DNA of 64,000 bases from Raja brachyura (GCA_963514005.1 OY740821.1:13826001-13890000); one strand, 5' to 3'; shown: positions 10,120 to 24,651, counted from the stretch's first letter. Made by a program: numbers and translations. Notes: generated by a model from the sequence alone, not told the origin.

Positions 10120-13100
10120 GAGTAGTTGTCTTTTTAAAGAAAGGGGTTTACAACACAAGAACTATCCTATCATCACGAAGTGACATTGTGAAATTTACTG
10201 TGTTGTTACTGAAGGTGTGCTTGAAAGAATATGAATGCTGTTAATGTCCCTGAGCAGGGAATTATAGAACAGAGGGTATATCTAAATTACTGTACAGACA
10301 GGAAGCTATCAGTAAAAAAGGCAAATGGAGATAAATTACTTGGCTTTTTTCAATATTCTTCAAATTCAGGGTTTGAATGTTAGAATTCACTCATTAATTA
10401 GGACAAAAATCCCCATGAGCTCATTTAATTATTAATCATATTTTACAACAGTTACATAAAACTTATAACCTGCTTTTTTTTTTAAATGCTTGCTAATTGC
10501 AAATGCTTTAAGAATAATATAATGGGCTGTTTTGATGGGACAAAAATGTGTTTGTTTTTTTAAAGTTCTTTAAGTTCATGAAAAGCATAAGCAAGTTTAC
10601 ATTTTACAGCAGTGAATTTCTAATCTAGCTGGTTAAATCTACCTTTTCTGAAGTAGGATGGATTTTTGTAGTTCTTAAAACTTTTTTTTTTTAAACTGCT
10701 CCCCATAGCATCACCCACCCTACACTCTCACTACACAACTCCCCAAAATAAATTGGAAGTTTACACTGAAAAATTGTGAAATAAGAAAGTGCCGTCAAGG
10801 GGAACTTTACTGGAAAACTTATTTTGTAGCCAATAGATCTTATCACACAGCTCGTGTTTGGTCACACAGCAAAATTTAAAACCCTACCCTGCCATTCCAA
10901 ATAGTATATAATATTTCCATAAACTTTGTCATCTTTTTCACATTATCCCAAACCAGCAACATAATGGCACTTTCAAAATATGTATACATAGATTAAATTG
11001 TCTTTCAAGACAATTTAACTCTTTTAAGATGACTATATCAATGAGCAAATTGATTTTGTCACAAAGGACAATCATCAGCAGAATGAAAATTTGTACACAC
11101 AACTGATCATTATCATCCTTTTATTTTGCAAAATAAATACTAGAATATTCAGCAATTTAATTTTTTAATTAGTTTGGATTCATTTCATATTTTTGCCTTG
11201 CCCACAAACAAGCTGATTTTGGGTACATGCCCTTCTTTACGATTGTTGCATCGCATTTTAGATTTGCAAGTATCTGAAATTTCAATAGTATTTTTTATAA
11301 AGACGTCGAATAACATTTTATGGTACAGGTGCTAGCGTTTTTTTCCCACAAAACATGTTGCAGAACTTGCCTGAAAAGGTTGTCCAATAAACCAGTGTGG
11401 AAAATGCAACACTGGTCCTTAATTTTCACATATCTAAAACTCTCTTGCAAGTCTCAGTACTCTTCATTTAATTAGCGAGGAACAAAGACGCAGCAGGAAA
11501 GAATATAATTTTGAAGATTTATCAGTTGGCATAATAAGTAGCATTTTGAGAATTTGATAGGCTTAAGCCACATCTTTGATGGTTTTTGATGCCACATCAA
11601 ACTCTACAAACCAGAATTTCACAAGAATAAGTTCTGAATGTTCACGAGAAGATATTTGTGTTTTTGCCATATAATCTTTTGAAACCATCATATTTTAAAC
11701 TAAGTTCAGGAAATCTGCCAACAATCCTTTATTATTCATTTCTAGGGTTGTCTGAGTCTTCCACTCAGTGTACATAAAAACAGTGGCAACAGTAACAATC
11801 ATTCTTCGAGATTTTTCTACTTTGCTGCATAAAACACTTAAGTCGGCAAACAATTTTGGTGGGAAGAAAAGCAGAGTTCCGTTTCTTAATTTATTTTCTG
11901 TTGACCCTTTTTATTGTAATCTCTAAACTAAAACTCAACTTGCTTAGAAAATCCAATGGTCCCAATGCTGATATTGTGAGGAATAGTGGCGCAATGGGCT
12001 CACAAACATGGGAGGTGCAACTCAAAATCCACACTAGCATACAAATACAGCACTGGGTAAATTCTGTCCATTTCCTGTCGAAGCTGCTAGAAAAGATTAT
12101 TAGATTATTCAAATATTAGCTTCTTGAAAGATGAAGGGATGTATGAATATTTCTACCTCACAAAGTTAATCACTAGGACATCCACTGGTAGCACCCACAA
12201 AATGAGCACAGGCCTTGTCGATCACATGGCTGCAGTAAAAACAGCATGAGGCAAAAGGAAGAGGAAAAGGTACAAAAAAGTAAAATAGCTATGATTTAAT
12301 AACAATAAATGAACTGAAAGAATAATGCCCGTTTTGCACTCAGCATTATGCTAAGCCTAATATTATAAATTCCACTGATTTGACAATTTATTCCTTATTG
12401 TGAATTCCTTCGGCTGCAGTGAATGGTAACTTGAACACAAAATAATTAGGGGAATATTCCAATAGCATTTAGTTAATGAAGATTACTGTAAATGATTTCC
12501 CTGTAACAAACCTCTGGATTTGCACACGTGGATTTTTTTTTTTTACAAGGTGTGTGGGATTTATGCTTTGTGGTGAAGTTTTTGGAAATTGATTTTAGAA
12601 GGAAGAATACTGCCCTTATTCGTTTTGGAATGGAAGTTCCCCCGCCCACCTCCCTCTCCCCGTCACCCAAAATAAAATGTTCATTTAACATTGCCACCAG
12701 TACTAGGATCAGTTCTTGTATTCAAGGGCAAACAGTTTGGACTTTTTTGCCCCGTTAAAAGCAACTTCTTGTGTGTAATCACTTTGGTCTTTTCAAGCAC
12801 ATTTTTTTTTTGAATTGGGAGTGATGCTACAGTTGTTAAAGTAGTGCATCTTTTTTAGTATTGTTCAGGCATTATATTTTGAATAAAATACATTTTGAAA
12901 AGTGACACAGCATTATTTCAGTGAAAGTTTAAATGGGTTGTCATTGCATTTGATATAATTCATGGCACATCAAATGGAAGTAGACTTAAAATGGCAAAAC
13001 TCTGTTCATTCTTAAAATATTTAAATGTAATTAAGAATGCAGGATGCAGATTGCCTCCTTACCTCAAACTTTGCACAGAATTGACATTAGTGCAAGTCAG

Positions 13101-14107
13101 TCATTTGAATTCTCTGAATTGTTCAGTGCTTACATTTCCCCTTCTATAATCTTTGTACCACTATAATTATTTTTGTGCCTTCTCAAGCAAGATGCCAAAG
13201 GAGACAGAAGCCTCTGGGAAACAGACTTGCTGAAATTTTCATGGGTGACATACTAAAGGTGGTGAATGGGATGCTGCTGTGATACTTTCACATCCAACCC
13301 ATCACTCGGGAAATAAAAAAAATTGGCAGTTAATTCAATTGTGTTGTTTTTTTGAATTTGAAACTTTATTAAATTTAAGGCCAAGTTACATTTACCATAT
13401 GAGATTTTTGAGTTTTTTTTTTAAATTTGTTAATTGTCTGCTTTAAAATAAAATGTGCTCAGACACACGGCACATGATTGCTAGAGCACTTTGTGACCAA
13501 AATGAATTCACTTCTACAGTTACGGATACACAATACCAACTCTCTATCAGCACACACAAGTATGTACGTGCTAGACTTTACAATATATACTTTATGTACT
13601 CTTTGGTTGTTATAATAGGTTAATGTAAAGGTTCAATTTACCTTCATGTTTACCAGTGTTTGTAACTTGGCGAGATCAACAAAGACAATGGAAAAATAAT
13701 AAATCCTACACAAATTGAATTGTGACAAGTTTCCTCTCATGCCAAATGGACAAGTGACGTGATATGTATTTGATCCGCTGCAGGTAGTAACCCACAATAA
13801 AAATCTACAATGGTTTTAACCAAAACCTAAAAGGATATTTATACGCACTAAACCGATTCTTTAATCCCTCATTTGGTCCTATGTTCTCCACAGCCTACAA
13901 TTTCACTAATCATAACTATTGCTGCTAATATTACTCTGTAATGACATACCCGTTGTGATGTCCTTTGGTTTTTGTCTTTCCTGAGCGATTCTTCAAGACA
14001 ATACCATCAAGAAATAAGAATCAGTCCCCCTACCATGCACCAAAAGCATCCATAGCTCCAACACCTTGCTGAAGTAAAAAATTCACATGGCACTCATTTA
14101 AAATTGT

Positions 14108-14288
14108 TTAAGAAGGAACTGCAGATGCTGGAAAATCGAAGATAGACAAAAGTGCTGGAGAAACACAGCGGGTGCAGCAGCATCTATGGAGCAAAGGAAA
14201 TAGGCAACGTTTCGTCCCGAAACGTTGCCTATTTCCTTCGCTCCATAGATGCTGCTGCACCCGCTGTGTTTCTCCAGCACTTTTGTCT
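14108..14288. mobile_element. Penelope-like terminal repeat forming a near-perfect palindrome
   Basis: 14144-14288: ~71-bp arms with one mismatch around a 3-nt TCC loop; explains the mirror-image ORFs on both strands. Confidence 0.8.
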
Positions 14289-15734
14289 GCACTCATTTAC
14301 AACATTGCTCTGCTTAGCTCTGGTACCTCAATTTGAGTCAACATTAAAGGGATTCATATATATTTGTCAGTTTTGAGATGTAGTGGTGGGATCTTAAGTG
14401 AAACAAAGCTGACCAAGCTCAACCTAGTTTTCAGTCGGCACTTTCTTGACACACCTTCTAGATTGTGGAAAGGTCTGGGGAGCCACTTGCTGTGAGATTC
14501 ACAGTGCCTGACCCACTCTAGTGCTCACTGTAATTTGGCGTAACAGGCCCATTTAAGTTTGTGGTCAGTGAACCGTAGGATGAAAATAGGGATCACTATC
14601 GGCCACAAATATAAATGGGCCTGCCACCTCAAGATACTGTGGGCATTAGTGTAGGTCAGGCATTGTCGACCTCAAGGTCACTAGAGTGGGTTAGATACTG
14701 AATTATATGGCAAATTACTTCCCAACTTTGTTGGGGAGAGCCATTGCCTGATTGTGCGGTGGGAACAAAAAATTGCCACTTATTAATGCATATCTGAACT
14801 CTGTCTAGATCATGCTTTATCATAGGGTTTGTAAATGGAATTAAACATTGGTGTCATTCAAATATCCCCACGTCCAACCTTGCAATGGACAGAAGCTGAA
14901 GATCGTTGGGCTGAGAAAACTACACAGCAGCGACAAGCCGAAATAATTCACTGCCAACAACAAGAACCATCTTCCTTCGTTGGGATGATTCAAACTAGTG
15001 GAGAATATCCCCCTCAATTCTAGTACTATGTCAGAATTAAATGTTCAGAAACATTACCCATAGTCAACAGATCCTTCAACAAAGCAGTGATGCTTCTTAA
15101 ATTCTCAAAGGTGCGAATTTTAAAACATTTTACCCACCAATTATTTTAATGTGGAATTGAAAATAAATGAGAGGTCAATAGATGATGCAAGCTAAAATTA
15201 AAATTTCCTTTATTGTTCTTCATTTGACAGCAATTCATACAAATAAGTGCAAATACTTTTATTTCCTTTTAAAAATGCATTTACTTGGACGGTATTAAGA
15301 TCTACCGTGCTGGAACCCAGCATCAATTGAAACATTAACCTACTGTTTAGAAGAATTTTCTAAAGGTAAATACATGTTTTAAAAACCTGTCAAACACAAC
15401 ATAGCGTACAATATGTACATAATATTAATCTTATCAATTTATAAGATGATGCTGTTTGCAGCACTGGTTGTTCATTTTAATATCCTTAAATAGAGTGAAG
15501 TGTAAGAACATCAACATCGTCGGTGGTTTGGTTCTTACATTCACAAATAAGCTCTATGGAAGTGGTAGGAAAATAATTGCCAATGAACATTTTGAGTTTT
15601 GGACATTAGAATTAGAAAGGGTGTATGCTTTGGAATAATGTTAATGTGATGACTTGTGTCCAGGAGGAGGTACCTAGTTTCAGCAGTGGAACCTCCTGAG
15701 AATTGCCCAAATGACAGCAGGAACTTGAACTAAA

Positions 15735-17500
15735 AACAAAAAATGTTGGAAACACTCAGCAGGTCAGGCAGCATCTGTGGAGAAAGGGAGGTAGGGTTAA
15801 TGTTTTAGATCTCTGACCTTTCATCAGAATCTAAAATACATTACAGAACAAAAGCTCCTGAAGAGGAACAGAGCCAGGGAATAGGAAATGGGGTGGAAAG
15901 GAAATGTCCCTGCACACAAGGAAGATAACTTGCACACTGATGCGATGGAGACCAAGAGTAAATTAAAGGGCAAAAGAAAACTCACTGTGTGAGATAAGAG
16001 GAAACAACAAAAAATAGAGAAACAAGAGAGGACAAAGCGCTGGAGTAACTCAGTGGGTCAGGCAGCATCTCTGGAGAACATGGATAGGTGATATTTCGGA
16101 TCAGGGCCCTTCTTCAGACTCTATCCACGTTCTCCAGAGACGCTGCCTACCCTGCTGAGTTTTTTTGTAATCCAGCATCTGCAGTTCCTCATTTCTACAG
16201 AAAAACAATAGACCCAGATATGTGTGAAAGATAAAAGCAGAGTTGTGGAGAGGGAGAGATAAATAGAAGAGGGCCCACACGGAAGACAAAGGCAGCTAGA
16301 CACCAAGGTTAAGGCGGTTCTGTATGTATAGGTGGATTCTCCTTTCAAGCACTTGTTATCAGAAATATCAGTGCACCTATTCCGAATTACCTCTACTATC
16401 TTGGGAGTAATTCAAAGCGGTCTTATGTTTTGAAGTTAAAAGACAAGCGTTAACCCAATAGGGCTGAAAAGCATGAAGTAGAAAGATGAGATGCTGTTTC
16501 ATGAACTTCCACTGGAGCAACACAAGAGGCCAAGTGAATAGAGATTGAAGTAGGAATAATATGGAGGTTTCAAGAGCAAAAATAACTGGAACCCGTAGCA
16601 CCAGACATAAAGGAAGCACTTAATAAAGAGATCACCCAAATCAAGACTTCCAAATGCAGACCCCCATCCATTGTGGAAGCGAAAAGAGTATAATACGAAC
16701 TGTCTTACCTGAAAACCGTTTATCTGTTTGGAACTGTGTACAATAGAATGGAAATATTCATAGACTTGAATGTAAAGATGAACAAGGTTTATGGATGGAA
16801 GAGCTGTGGTTTAAGGTGTCACAAGGGAATTGTCCCTTCAAAATTGTGACAGCAAGGGGTGGAAAATAATTTTTGGTGTTGGGGGGGGATAGGAGGCATG
16901 TCATGTTGGAAGTGGCAGAGATTGTTCTGTCAAATGGTGATGGGGTGCAAGGTGAATTTTGAGATATATAAGTGGAGTAAGTGCAGGAAGTAGGGTGGAT
17001 TTGGTTTACAAGATTATGTATATAACAACAGAATGCAGTCTCTGGAAGAGAAAACCAGGTAGATATTTCAGAAGCTCTGGCATCATCAGGGTGGAGATAA
17101 CTGAAAAAGAAAGAAGCACTAGGATGAAGTATAAAATTGAGGTAGCTTTGGGAGTCACTGGGCTTACAGTAATCAAATGACAATCATTCACCAGATTTGA
17201 GATACAGATGCATCAAGGATGAAGTGTATTAAAGTAAGCAGCATGTGAAGGTGAAAAGCAAATTTATTGATTGATTCATTTCTGTAATATAGGTAGGAAC
17301 AGGAAAAATAAATAAAGAAAGATCAGAGAAGAGTATAAATGGAAGAACATTAATTGCCGTGATAATAAAAAATCCGGCACAATGAGAATCCATGTGGACT
17401 CTCCTGGTAACTTCTACTATTTGGGAGAAAGCGGAAAATTCAGCCAGAAAAGGAAAGTGGGGGTGGAAGAAGATTGCAATCACTGACCAAGGAAGTGAAT
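15735..17500 (-). mobile_element. Degenerate Penelope-like retroelement (terminal repeats plus decayed ORF)
   Basis: Terminal-repeat sequence at 15740-15830 and 16030-16185; 16480-16540 resembles the PLE C-terminal segment seen at 45050-45200. Boundaries are approximate. Confidence 0.45.
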
Positions 17501-18665
17501 CGATTACCAAAAAGCCATCCAGGTCTTCTTTTCAAACATTGGGGATCACAATAGTGAGGTGATCTTTTGAGACTAAGTTATCGGATGAAGGACTGCAGGT
17601 ACCAACACTAGAGCACTGTTCACCAAGGCTGCAGTATATCACACCTTCTGCAGAAATTTATAAAGCAAATCTTGTGAAAAAAGCAATGACATTAATTTGA
17701 AAATCTCAAGAGAATTTTTACTGTAATTTGTTCTGTAATATTAAACACTTTTGCCTTGGCTCAGGTGCTTAAGTACAGCAATTAGAAGCTTTTGTTATAA
17801 ATATTGTTATTATTAAGGGAGTAAAGTTGAGTATTTCATGAGGCAAAGCATTAATATAATTACATTAAGTGTATGTGATGCATGGTAGATTTTGAAAGAC
17901 ATTCTTTCATCTGACTGCTATTTCTTTTCCACATTACCATGAGAGCTGCGGTTTTCGTTGCCATGCAAGGTTATTTTGCTTCAAATTGTATATCAATTAC
18001 TCAGAAATATTTATGTCGTTGGTCTTTTTATTCCAGCGCTGTCTAGGTCAGGAAATGGTTGGTTCATAATGACCATTTAGAAAAATAATTATTTAATTTT
18101 ACACACAGGAATAAATAAATCCTTCGAGCAACCAAGTAAATAGTTTTAACAGCAAATTAGCTGAATAGGCAATGCTGTTTTTTTAAAATGTGATAAATCT
18201 CATTTTTATTCAGTGCATCAACCTTTGCCAAATTATCAGTGAACCTCATGTAAAGGTAAGTTTCAATAATTATACAATTATCAGCCGTTATTAAGTCTTG
18301 TCCCAAGCAGGCATTTATGAAGGACAAAACAAAGTTGTCACCATTGGAGACAAAAAATATTTTATAAAAATGTAGCTCAATTGTTTTTCATGGCCAGAAT
18401 ATTAAATAAAACAAATAATTAGAGAAAAAAAAAATTGGACAGAATTCAACCTGCCAGGAATCAAAAAATCAAATTTACAAATATAATAAAAAAACTCTTA
18501 ATCTAAGCAAATGATTTTAAATTTCAGTTTTTCCTGACTGTACAATTTTCTGACAATTTGTCAGAACTGGTGTAGCGATTCCTGTTTTATGCAAATATGT
18601 CATATTCAATCTCATTATATCCAACAGACTTCCACGGTACATTGAATATTTTTGCAGCTCTATGA

Positions 18666-19125
18666 ATGGCCACATGTGGAATAAGGCGTGCAGTTCCGGT
18701 GCCCCATTACAGGAAGGATGTGGAGGCTTTGGAAAGGGTGCAGAAGAGGTTTACCAGGATTTTACCTGAATTAGAGGACATTAGCTGTAAGGAGAGGTTG
18801 GACAAAATGGGATTATTTTCTCTAGAACGTCGGAGGCTGAGGGGAGATCTGATAATATATAAAATTAGGAGACACATAGAGAGGGTAAACCGTCAGAACC
18901 CTTTCTCCCTCCAGGGTGAAAATGTCAAATACTGGGGACTTAGCTACAAGGTCAGAGGGGGAAAGTTTAAAGGAGATGTGTGGGGTGCACTGCCAGGGGT
19001 GTTAGTGGAAGCAGAAACAATAGTGGCTTTTTAAATGGGTTTTGCTGAGAATGGAGGAAGGATGAGTTTAATTTGGCACACACAACGTGGTCCAAGGGCC
19101 TTTTGCTGTTCTGTCTATGTTCTAA
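18666..19125 (+). mobile_element. CR1 LINE 3' fragment (RT C-terminus plus tail)
   Basis: KDVEALERVQKRFTRILP...LFSLERRRLRGDLI is the classic CR1 ORF2 C-terminal motif; ends in a TTCTATGTTCTA-like tail. Confidence 0.85.
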
Positions 19126-20585
19126 TACTTTTATTTCCTCATATATGTCAATCATATATTTGAATCCACAGACTAGTTTGAAAATCCCTTAAAAATAGTG
19201 CATCATCTAGCATTTGCACTATTTTAACCATTACTTGGTGATATTATTAGTTTACAGTAAATTCCACCTTATGCTTAAATGAAACAGCCTCTTGGTTTTG
19301 AATGTTTTGCAACTATATAGACAATATTGTACTTGAGCTCATTTCAGTCAAGGGAATCCTGGAGGTTTGCAATGGCATAGGGAAATGTTGTGGAAGGTTG
19401 CCCAGAGATTCCCTCCACGCCACCACTCCCTTCATTGCCTTAATGTAAATTGTTGCACAGCAGCTGAAGAGCTATTACAAATATCTAGTAGCATAACACT
19501 GCAAATAACACATTTGATCATTTAAGCGTCTTTCAATTGTGCAAGATTAGTTCATTGGTTCTAATTTCCAGACCTCAAGAACCTGACAAGCAACATTTGA
19601 AAAGACTAAACAGTTACTATATACAAGTTGGAGACAAGGTTAACGGAAAAGCAATAATTTAGGATAAATCCCGCCAATAATTAGCTGATGAAACAACTAT
19701 GTAACTAACCTTTGAGTTCAATGTCACAGCTACTCCTTGAAAAATAAGCACCTGGACCACTGAAATTGAACTGCTGCAGTCATATCAGGAGTGTTAACAG
19801 TGAATAACTAAAAGCCATATACACTGTTAACTAATTGGTAGGTCATTTTGGCACGGTTCAGGAAAATGAATCATCTGGTCACGTGGGTCAGAACATTGAA
19901 TGCAAAGTCCCAATAGATTCTATCTTAATCTATGGATTTCCAGCAGTTAATCAAAGTTGACGAAAAAAAGATAAACTGTGTTCAAAATGGCTTTAAGGTT
20001 CTTATCTGGTTTGAAGCCAAACTAGCCAGGAAAGGCTAGTGCTGCTCTCAGTGGAGCTGGTTACAAGCTTGCTTTAGAAAAGGAGAAAGGATTTTCAATG
20101 TGAATGTGCATGTACCCTACCTTTAACAGCTTGGCTCAGCAAATGTCAAAGATAATGTGCAAACACTTCCATTCTCGTCCCAAATGGGACAACATCTAAA
20201 GCTGTTTTAGATTAAAATGTTCCACACAGTTTAACAGGCAATTGATAAAATTCTTGAACTTGCATACAAATTACAGTATTTTGTTGAAATAGAATGTTCA
20301 TTTTCACACAAGGGTCTGAAAAAAGTTTGCATTTCTTGCATTGCTGACTCAAGCTGCATGCAGAGGAACCGTTTTGGTTTTTTTACCGACTTTACTCAAC
20401 TACCTTTATCCAATTCAATCCTCATTTCCCTTATTGCCTTTTCTGTCACCATCAAGTACACATGAAGAAATGTGCTTTGCTGAAGCTGGGGTGAATTCAC
20501 AGCTCAAGAGAAGGGACACCATGGCATCAAACAGCTGCAGGCTAGATGCAGAGTCACATTCCATCTGTGTTTTCTTGACCAAAGA

Positions 20586-20748
20586 TAGACACAAAATGCA
20601 GTATTTTGTGTCTCAGGAGTATCTCAGCATGGCAGGCCGCATCTCTGGAGAGAAGGAATGGCCCCTTCTCTCCAGAGATGCTGTCTATCCTGCTGAGCTA
20701 CTCCAGCATTTTGTGTCTATCTTTGGTTTAAACCAGCATCTGCAGTTT
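20586..20748. mobile_element. Penelope-like terminal repeat, inverted pair
   Basis: GCATCTCTGGAGAGAAGG...CCTTCTCTCCAGAGATGC arms, followed by AAACCAGCATCTGCAGTT. Confidence 0.65.
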
Positions 20749-21743
20749 CTTCATACGCATTATGTTTGCTTGACCTCATGCACAGAAGGGCATCCTTCCT
20801 GAATGTGGGTGTCCCCCATCAACTTCTATTAAACTGAGTCCAGTAAGAATGCCAACCTGTGGACTTTTGTGTTGGACACTGCTATCCATCAGTAAAAAGA
20901 GTTCAAATGTCTTTACCTCATATCATTCCTGTAGATGGCAAAGAGTCCATTGTTGTGGATTTGAACAGATTCTTTCATACACTGAGCATCCAGTGCGACA
21001 AGAATTACAAAGCTGAAAGTACACTTTGGGTTCAGTCAGAAATAAAATCTTTGCAATGGATTCCAAGTTAGACACTTTGATAATGTAATGTATTTGTATC
21101 ATGTTGTGAGGATTAAATTGTAATATCTGGATATTAAAGTTTTAAAAAGCATTTGTATTCGTCAAGGGCCATCTCATCTTCAAAACGTTTCACACAAAGA
21201 ATCACTTTCCGAAGTGCAATGGCTACTAGCTGGGAGAACACAGAAATTCATTCAGCGCCAGCAACATCCACAAAAATGTTTCATAGTAATCCTTTTTTGC
21301 TCGTTGTTGCTAGAGATATTTACAATTTCATGTGCTACTAAATGTCAGCTTTGCGTCAAGAAAGCAAACGGTCGAGTGTGGGAGACAAAGGAGAAAGGTA
21401 GATCGGAATATTTGCGCAGCATCGCAGCCCAGTGATTTGTTTATTCCAACACATAAACCTTCATACATAAAAAAGCTTTTGTGTCATTTGCACTCATTTT
21501 AAGTTAAATTAGACAAGGAATTAACAAGAGTTGATGAGCTAAGCATAAAAATAGGAGGGGATAAAACAAATGGTCAGAATATACAATGAATTGGAGAGGA
21601 ATCGTTCATAGACACAAAAAGAACTAAAGGCTGGGTCAGAATCCTATTTGGCTTTGGCGTGCATATTTATATAACACACGTCTGCGGAAGCAACATGGGA
21701 ACGTTGAATTTCTTCTCTTTATATTTCTTTCTATCAATACTTT

Positions 21744-22940
21744 TCAGTGAGGAATTGCCGTTATTCTCATACTCTGTGACGCAATTGGATATGTAACCAT
21801 TGGAGTGGTGGCATGGCTTATGGTGATTCCTGGCAGTGCTTGTGCAATTGATACTGCCACTGGTGCAACAGAAACAGCCACGGGGGCCATGGATACTGGG
21901 GGTGCCATTCCCTGGGCGATGGTCTGGGCCAGTGCAGCAGGGAGGGAGGCAATTTCAGGGTTAAGATGTTGTGCTGTTTGTGCAGCATTGCTAGGCGGTG
22001 CAGCAGAAGCAGTTGCCACTAGATCTTGCTGGATGACTGGTCGTGGTTGAAGTGCTTGGCTGCTCAACGTGGTGTGAGTCTGTGCTATACCATGGTTGTA
22101 GTTGCTTAGCGTAGCCACAGCTGGTGCTGCCAGTATTTGCTCTGTCGCTGTGGGAGTGGAAGTCAGTGTCACCACCTTGGTTTGGTTGCGGAAATGTGCA
22201 TTTTGCTCCAAGAGCACCTCGTTAGTTGCCATCAAATTCGAGATCTGCTTTTTCAGTTCCTCAACTCGCTTTCGGAGCATCAGATTCTCCTCTTCTAGAA
22301 ATCGATAGTCCACAGGACGCGAGTTTGAGAGACTAAAATCATAACTTTCAAATCGTAAGCCATCCACTCTTCTCCTCTTTAGAATATGGTCATAGTCAAT
22401 ATAGCGATCAGTCTCATAGAGGTCATCAAATGGGTCGTAGCGTCGCACGACAGGAGAGAGCACTGGGTCTCGTGCCAATCTCTCCAAAGTTCTATTTTCA
22501 TACTCGTATTCATCACGTTTTAAGTGCCGAAATTTACATTTAGATCCTCGTTGACAGTCCCCTTTCAGGTAATCTCGGCAGATTGGAACCTCGCCTTTTT
22601 TAAAAGAAAGGTCAGAAGGTGAAAGGCCAAGACCCATGGCCACCGTAAGGCGTAGACGCTGGGGAAGCTCTCCTGATTTTTTGTAATGTTCCTCATCTTC
22701 CTTTGTCCCATGAATAAACTTGCAGTTGATACGAGTGCACTCCTTGTTCTGATAATCATGGCAAAAGACAAACTCATTTTTTTTAACACCCAAGTCGGAC
22801 ACCTCATTAATGTCGGGGTGGTAGAACTTGCAGCGCTTGCCACGTTTGCAGACATTGCGCAGGAAGTCACGGCAAATATCATCTGAGCTGTGGCCAGCCT
22901 CGTCATTACCTCTGTTAAATAAATTATCTTTATCCGGCAT
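21744..22940 (-). CDS. ZC3H10: Zinc finger CCCH domain-containing protein 10, canonical copy (copy 1), single coding exon, 398 aa
   Basis: MPDKDN...ICRDFLRNVCKRGKRCKFYHPD, FCHDYQNKECTRINCKFIH, ICRDYLKGDCQRGSKCKFRH (three CCCH fingers); KRRR NLS; coiled coil LEEENLMLRKRVEELKKQISNLMATNEVLLEQNA; tail MVTYPIASQSMRITAIPH. The ATG is at 22940 (the ORF track starts at an upstream GTG). Minus-strand acceptor ttttctttttcag| puts the exon start at 22987. Confidence 0.95.
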   Translation of the reverse strand: MPDKDNLFNRGNDEAGHSSDDICRDFLRNVCKRGKRCKFYHPDINEVSDLGVKKNEFVFCHDYQNKECTRINCKFIHGTKEDEEHYKKSGELPQRLRLTVAMGLGLSPSDLSFKKGEVPICRDYLKGDCQRGSKCKFRHLKRDEYEYENRTLERLARDPVLSPVVRRYDPFDDLYETDRYIDYDHILKRRRVDGLRFESYDFSLSNSRPVDYRFLEEENLMLRKRVEELKKQISNLMATNEVLLEQNAHFRNQTKVVTLTSTPTATEQILAAPAVATLSNYNHGIAQTHTTLSSQALQPRPVIQQDLVATASAAPPSNAAQTAQHLNPEIASLPAALAQTIAQGMAPPVSMAPVAVSVAPVAVSIAQALPGITISHATTPMVTYPIASQSMRITAIPH

Positions 22941-24651
22941 CTTCACAGACTATTATTGTGCTTCTCAGCAACTGTATAGAAAAACATCTGAAAAAGAAAA
23001 TCAAGGTACGTCTTTACAGAGAAGGAGGAAGTCACCCACAAAGCAAGTGTCACTTGAACCACTGCATTTTGGCCTCAGCAAGCTGAACGACCTTTGCGTG
23101 GGAAAAATAAAGGCTTCTAATTGTGTCTGTCTGGTGTCAGCATCAAATATTATTACAAAATTAGTTGTAGAAGTTAAATACGCTCCCCTTCGATTTGTCT
23201 ACTCTAGAACTTCGGGTAAACAAGTCCCATTGTAGCAGTGACACAATTTACTTCCCCAATAATTGGTTCATTTATTTTAGTAAATTATAGATTTTATTTT
23301 TGCAGCTACATATGCCCATTAAGATTTTGTTTAAAGTTTGCCACACTTGTTTCATTTTGAACAACACAACTAAAAAAAGGTGTATGTGTGTGTGCGCGCT
23401 TGCTTGCACCCGCCTGTGCGTCCCATTTCCCCCCCCCCCCCGAAGGTGCCCGTGTCTCCAACGCTCCCACATACTGCCTTGATAGAGTTTCACGAGAAAA
23501 TGTTTGCATCTTCAGCCAGCAAATATTTCCTGCCGTTATCGTCGCAGGGCTAAATATGATGCTAAGCTTACATATTTGATTAAAGATGAGGCCAACTTGT
23601 ACTGATTTTCATTGTAGTTGTCCTTAGCCCAAAGTAAAGGGGGAATATAGCCGGAGTTCCCCTTTCTGATTCCAACTCAGTTATTTCTGCTGGGAAATAC
23701 ACAACTGTACACTGAAACTACTTTCCAGTACATTATTTCTAATTTAATACTTGAAATTTCACATGACTCCAGAAGCCAATCAAAAACAAAACAGCCAATA
23801 GAGTGCAGACCAAGCTTGCTTAAATCGCAATTTGATAATGACCGGTTACTCTATTATAGCAAGACAGGTTAATTGATAAATATTAACTACAATTGCTAGG
23901 AATTACAATGCCTGACAATAGATAACACAACTTGGAAGAGGACTTTGGCACCCAACCAACAGGCACGTGGAAGCATTATCGGGACGTTCCCTCTTTCTCT
24001 TTTCTGGGAGCTCTTTCCATCCAGTCGACTCCAACACAGCAAGATGTGGAGTACAGCATCATTAGATGTCAACATTAGGCCTTTACTACCACGCCTCAAG
24101 ATCACTGCAGTCTGTCAAGACAGCAAGAGATGCAGGCAGCAAGCAGTCTGACTGCTTTCCAATATTGTTTAAGGGTCCCTATCTAAAGTAATCTGTGGTC
24201 TCTGATTTACCAACAGATCTTGGCAGAAAAATTCACATCATAATCATGCCCTGTGTAAAATTAGATTTCATGATCGTTTATTTATGCTCTGATTGTCATG
24301 TCGCTGAGCTTAATCGTAATCCCCATGATGCTGAAGACCTCCAAGGTTGTCCTTTGTCCTTCTATATTCCATCAGAAGGCTATCTTCCCAAGTCTCCTTT
24401 TTTATTTAAAGAAGATAGACAAATTGATAAAAAGGACTTATTTCAGAAAGTATTTGCACAATTATCAAGGGTTGGGAGAATTATGTCTATGTAAGAGATC
24501 GATCTCTTAGCTAGGCATAATTCTCCGTGCCTTTCATCTGCAGCGCTTGTAACACGGGAAGCTCTGTGCAGCCCACGTGCCGTCAGCGCTGCCTGAAGCC
24601 GTCAATTTAAAGCGGGGTTGAAGGCGGCTGAAATTCTGCCTTTGCTGTACA

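Noticed and set aside
10120-13400. Specific polyadenylation site for MIP
   Set aside because: Several AATAAA candidates (for example ~11132 and ~12882) occur in AT-rich DNA, and none can be chosen without transcript data.
22941-22946. ORF-track start MK- for ZC3H10 copy 1
   Set aside because: It is a GTG codon; the ATG at 22940 gives MPD.., matching known ZC3H10 N-termini and copy 4.
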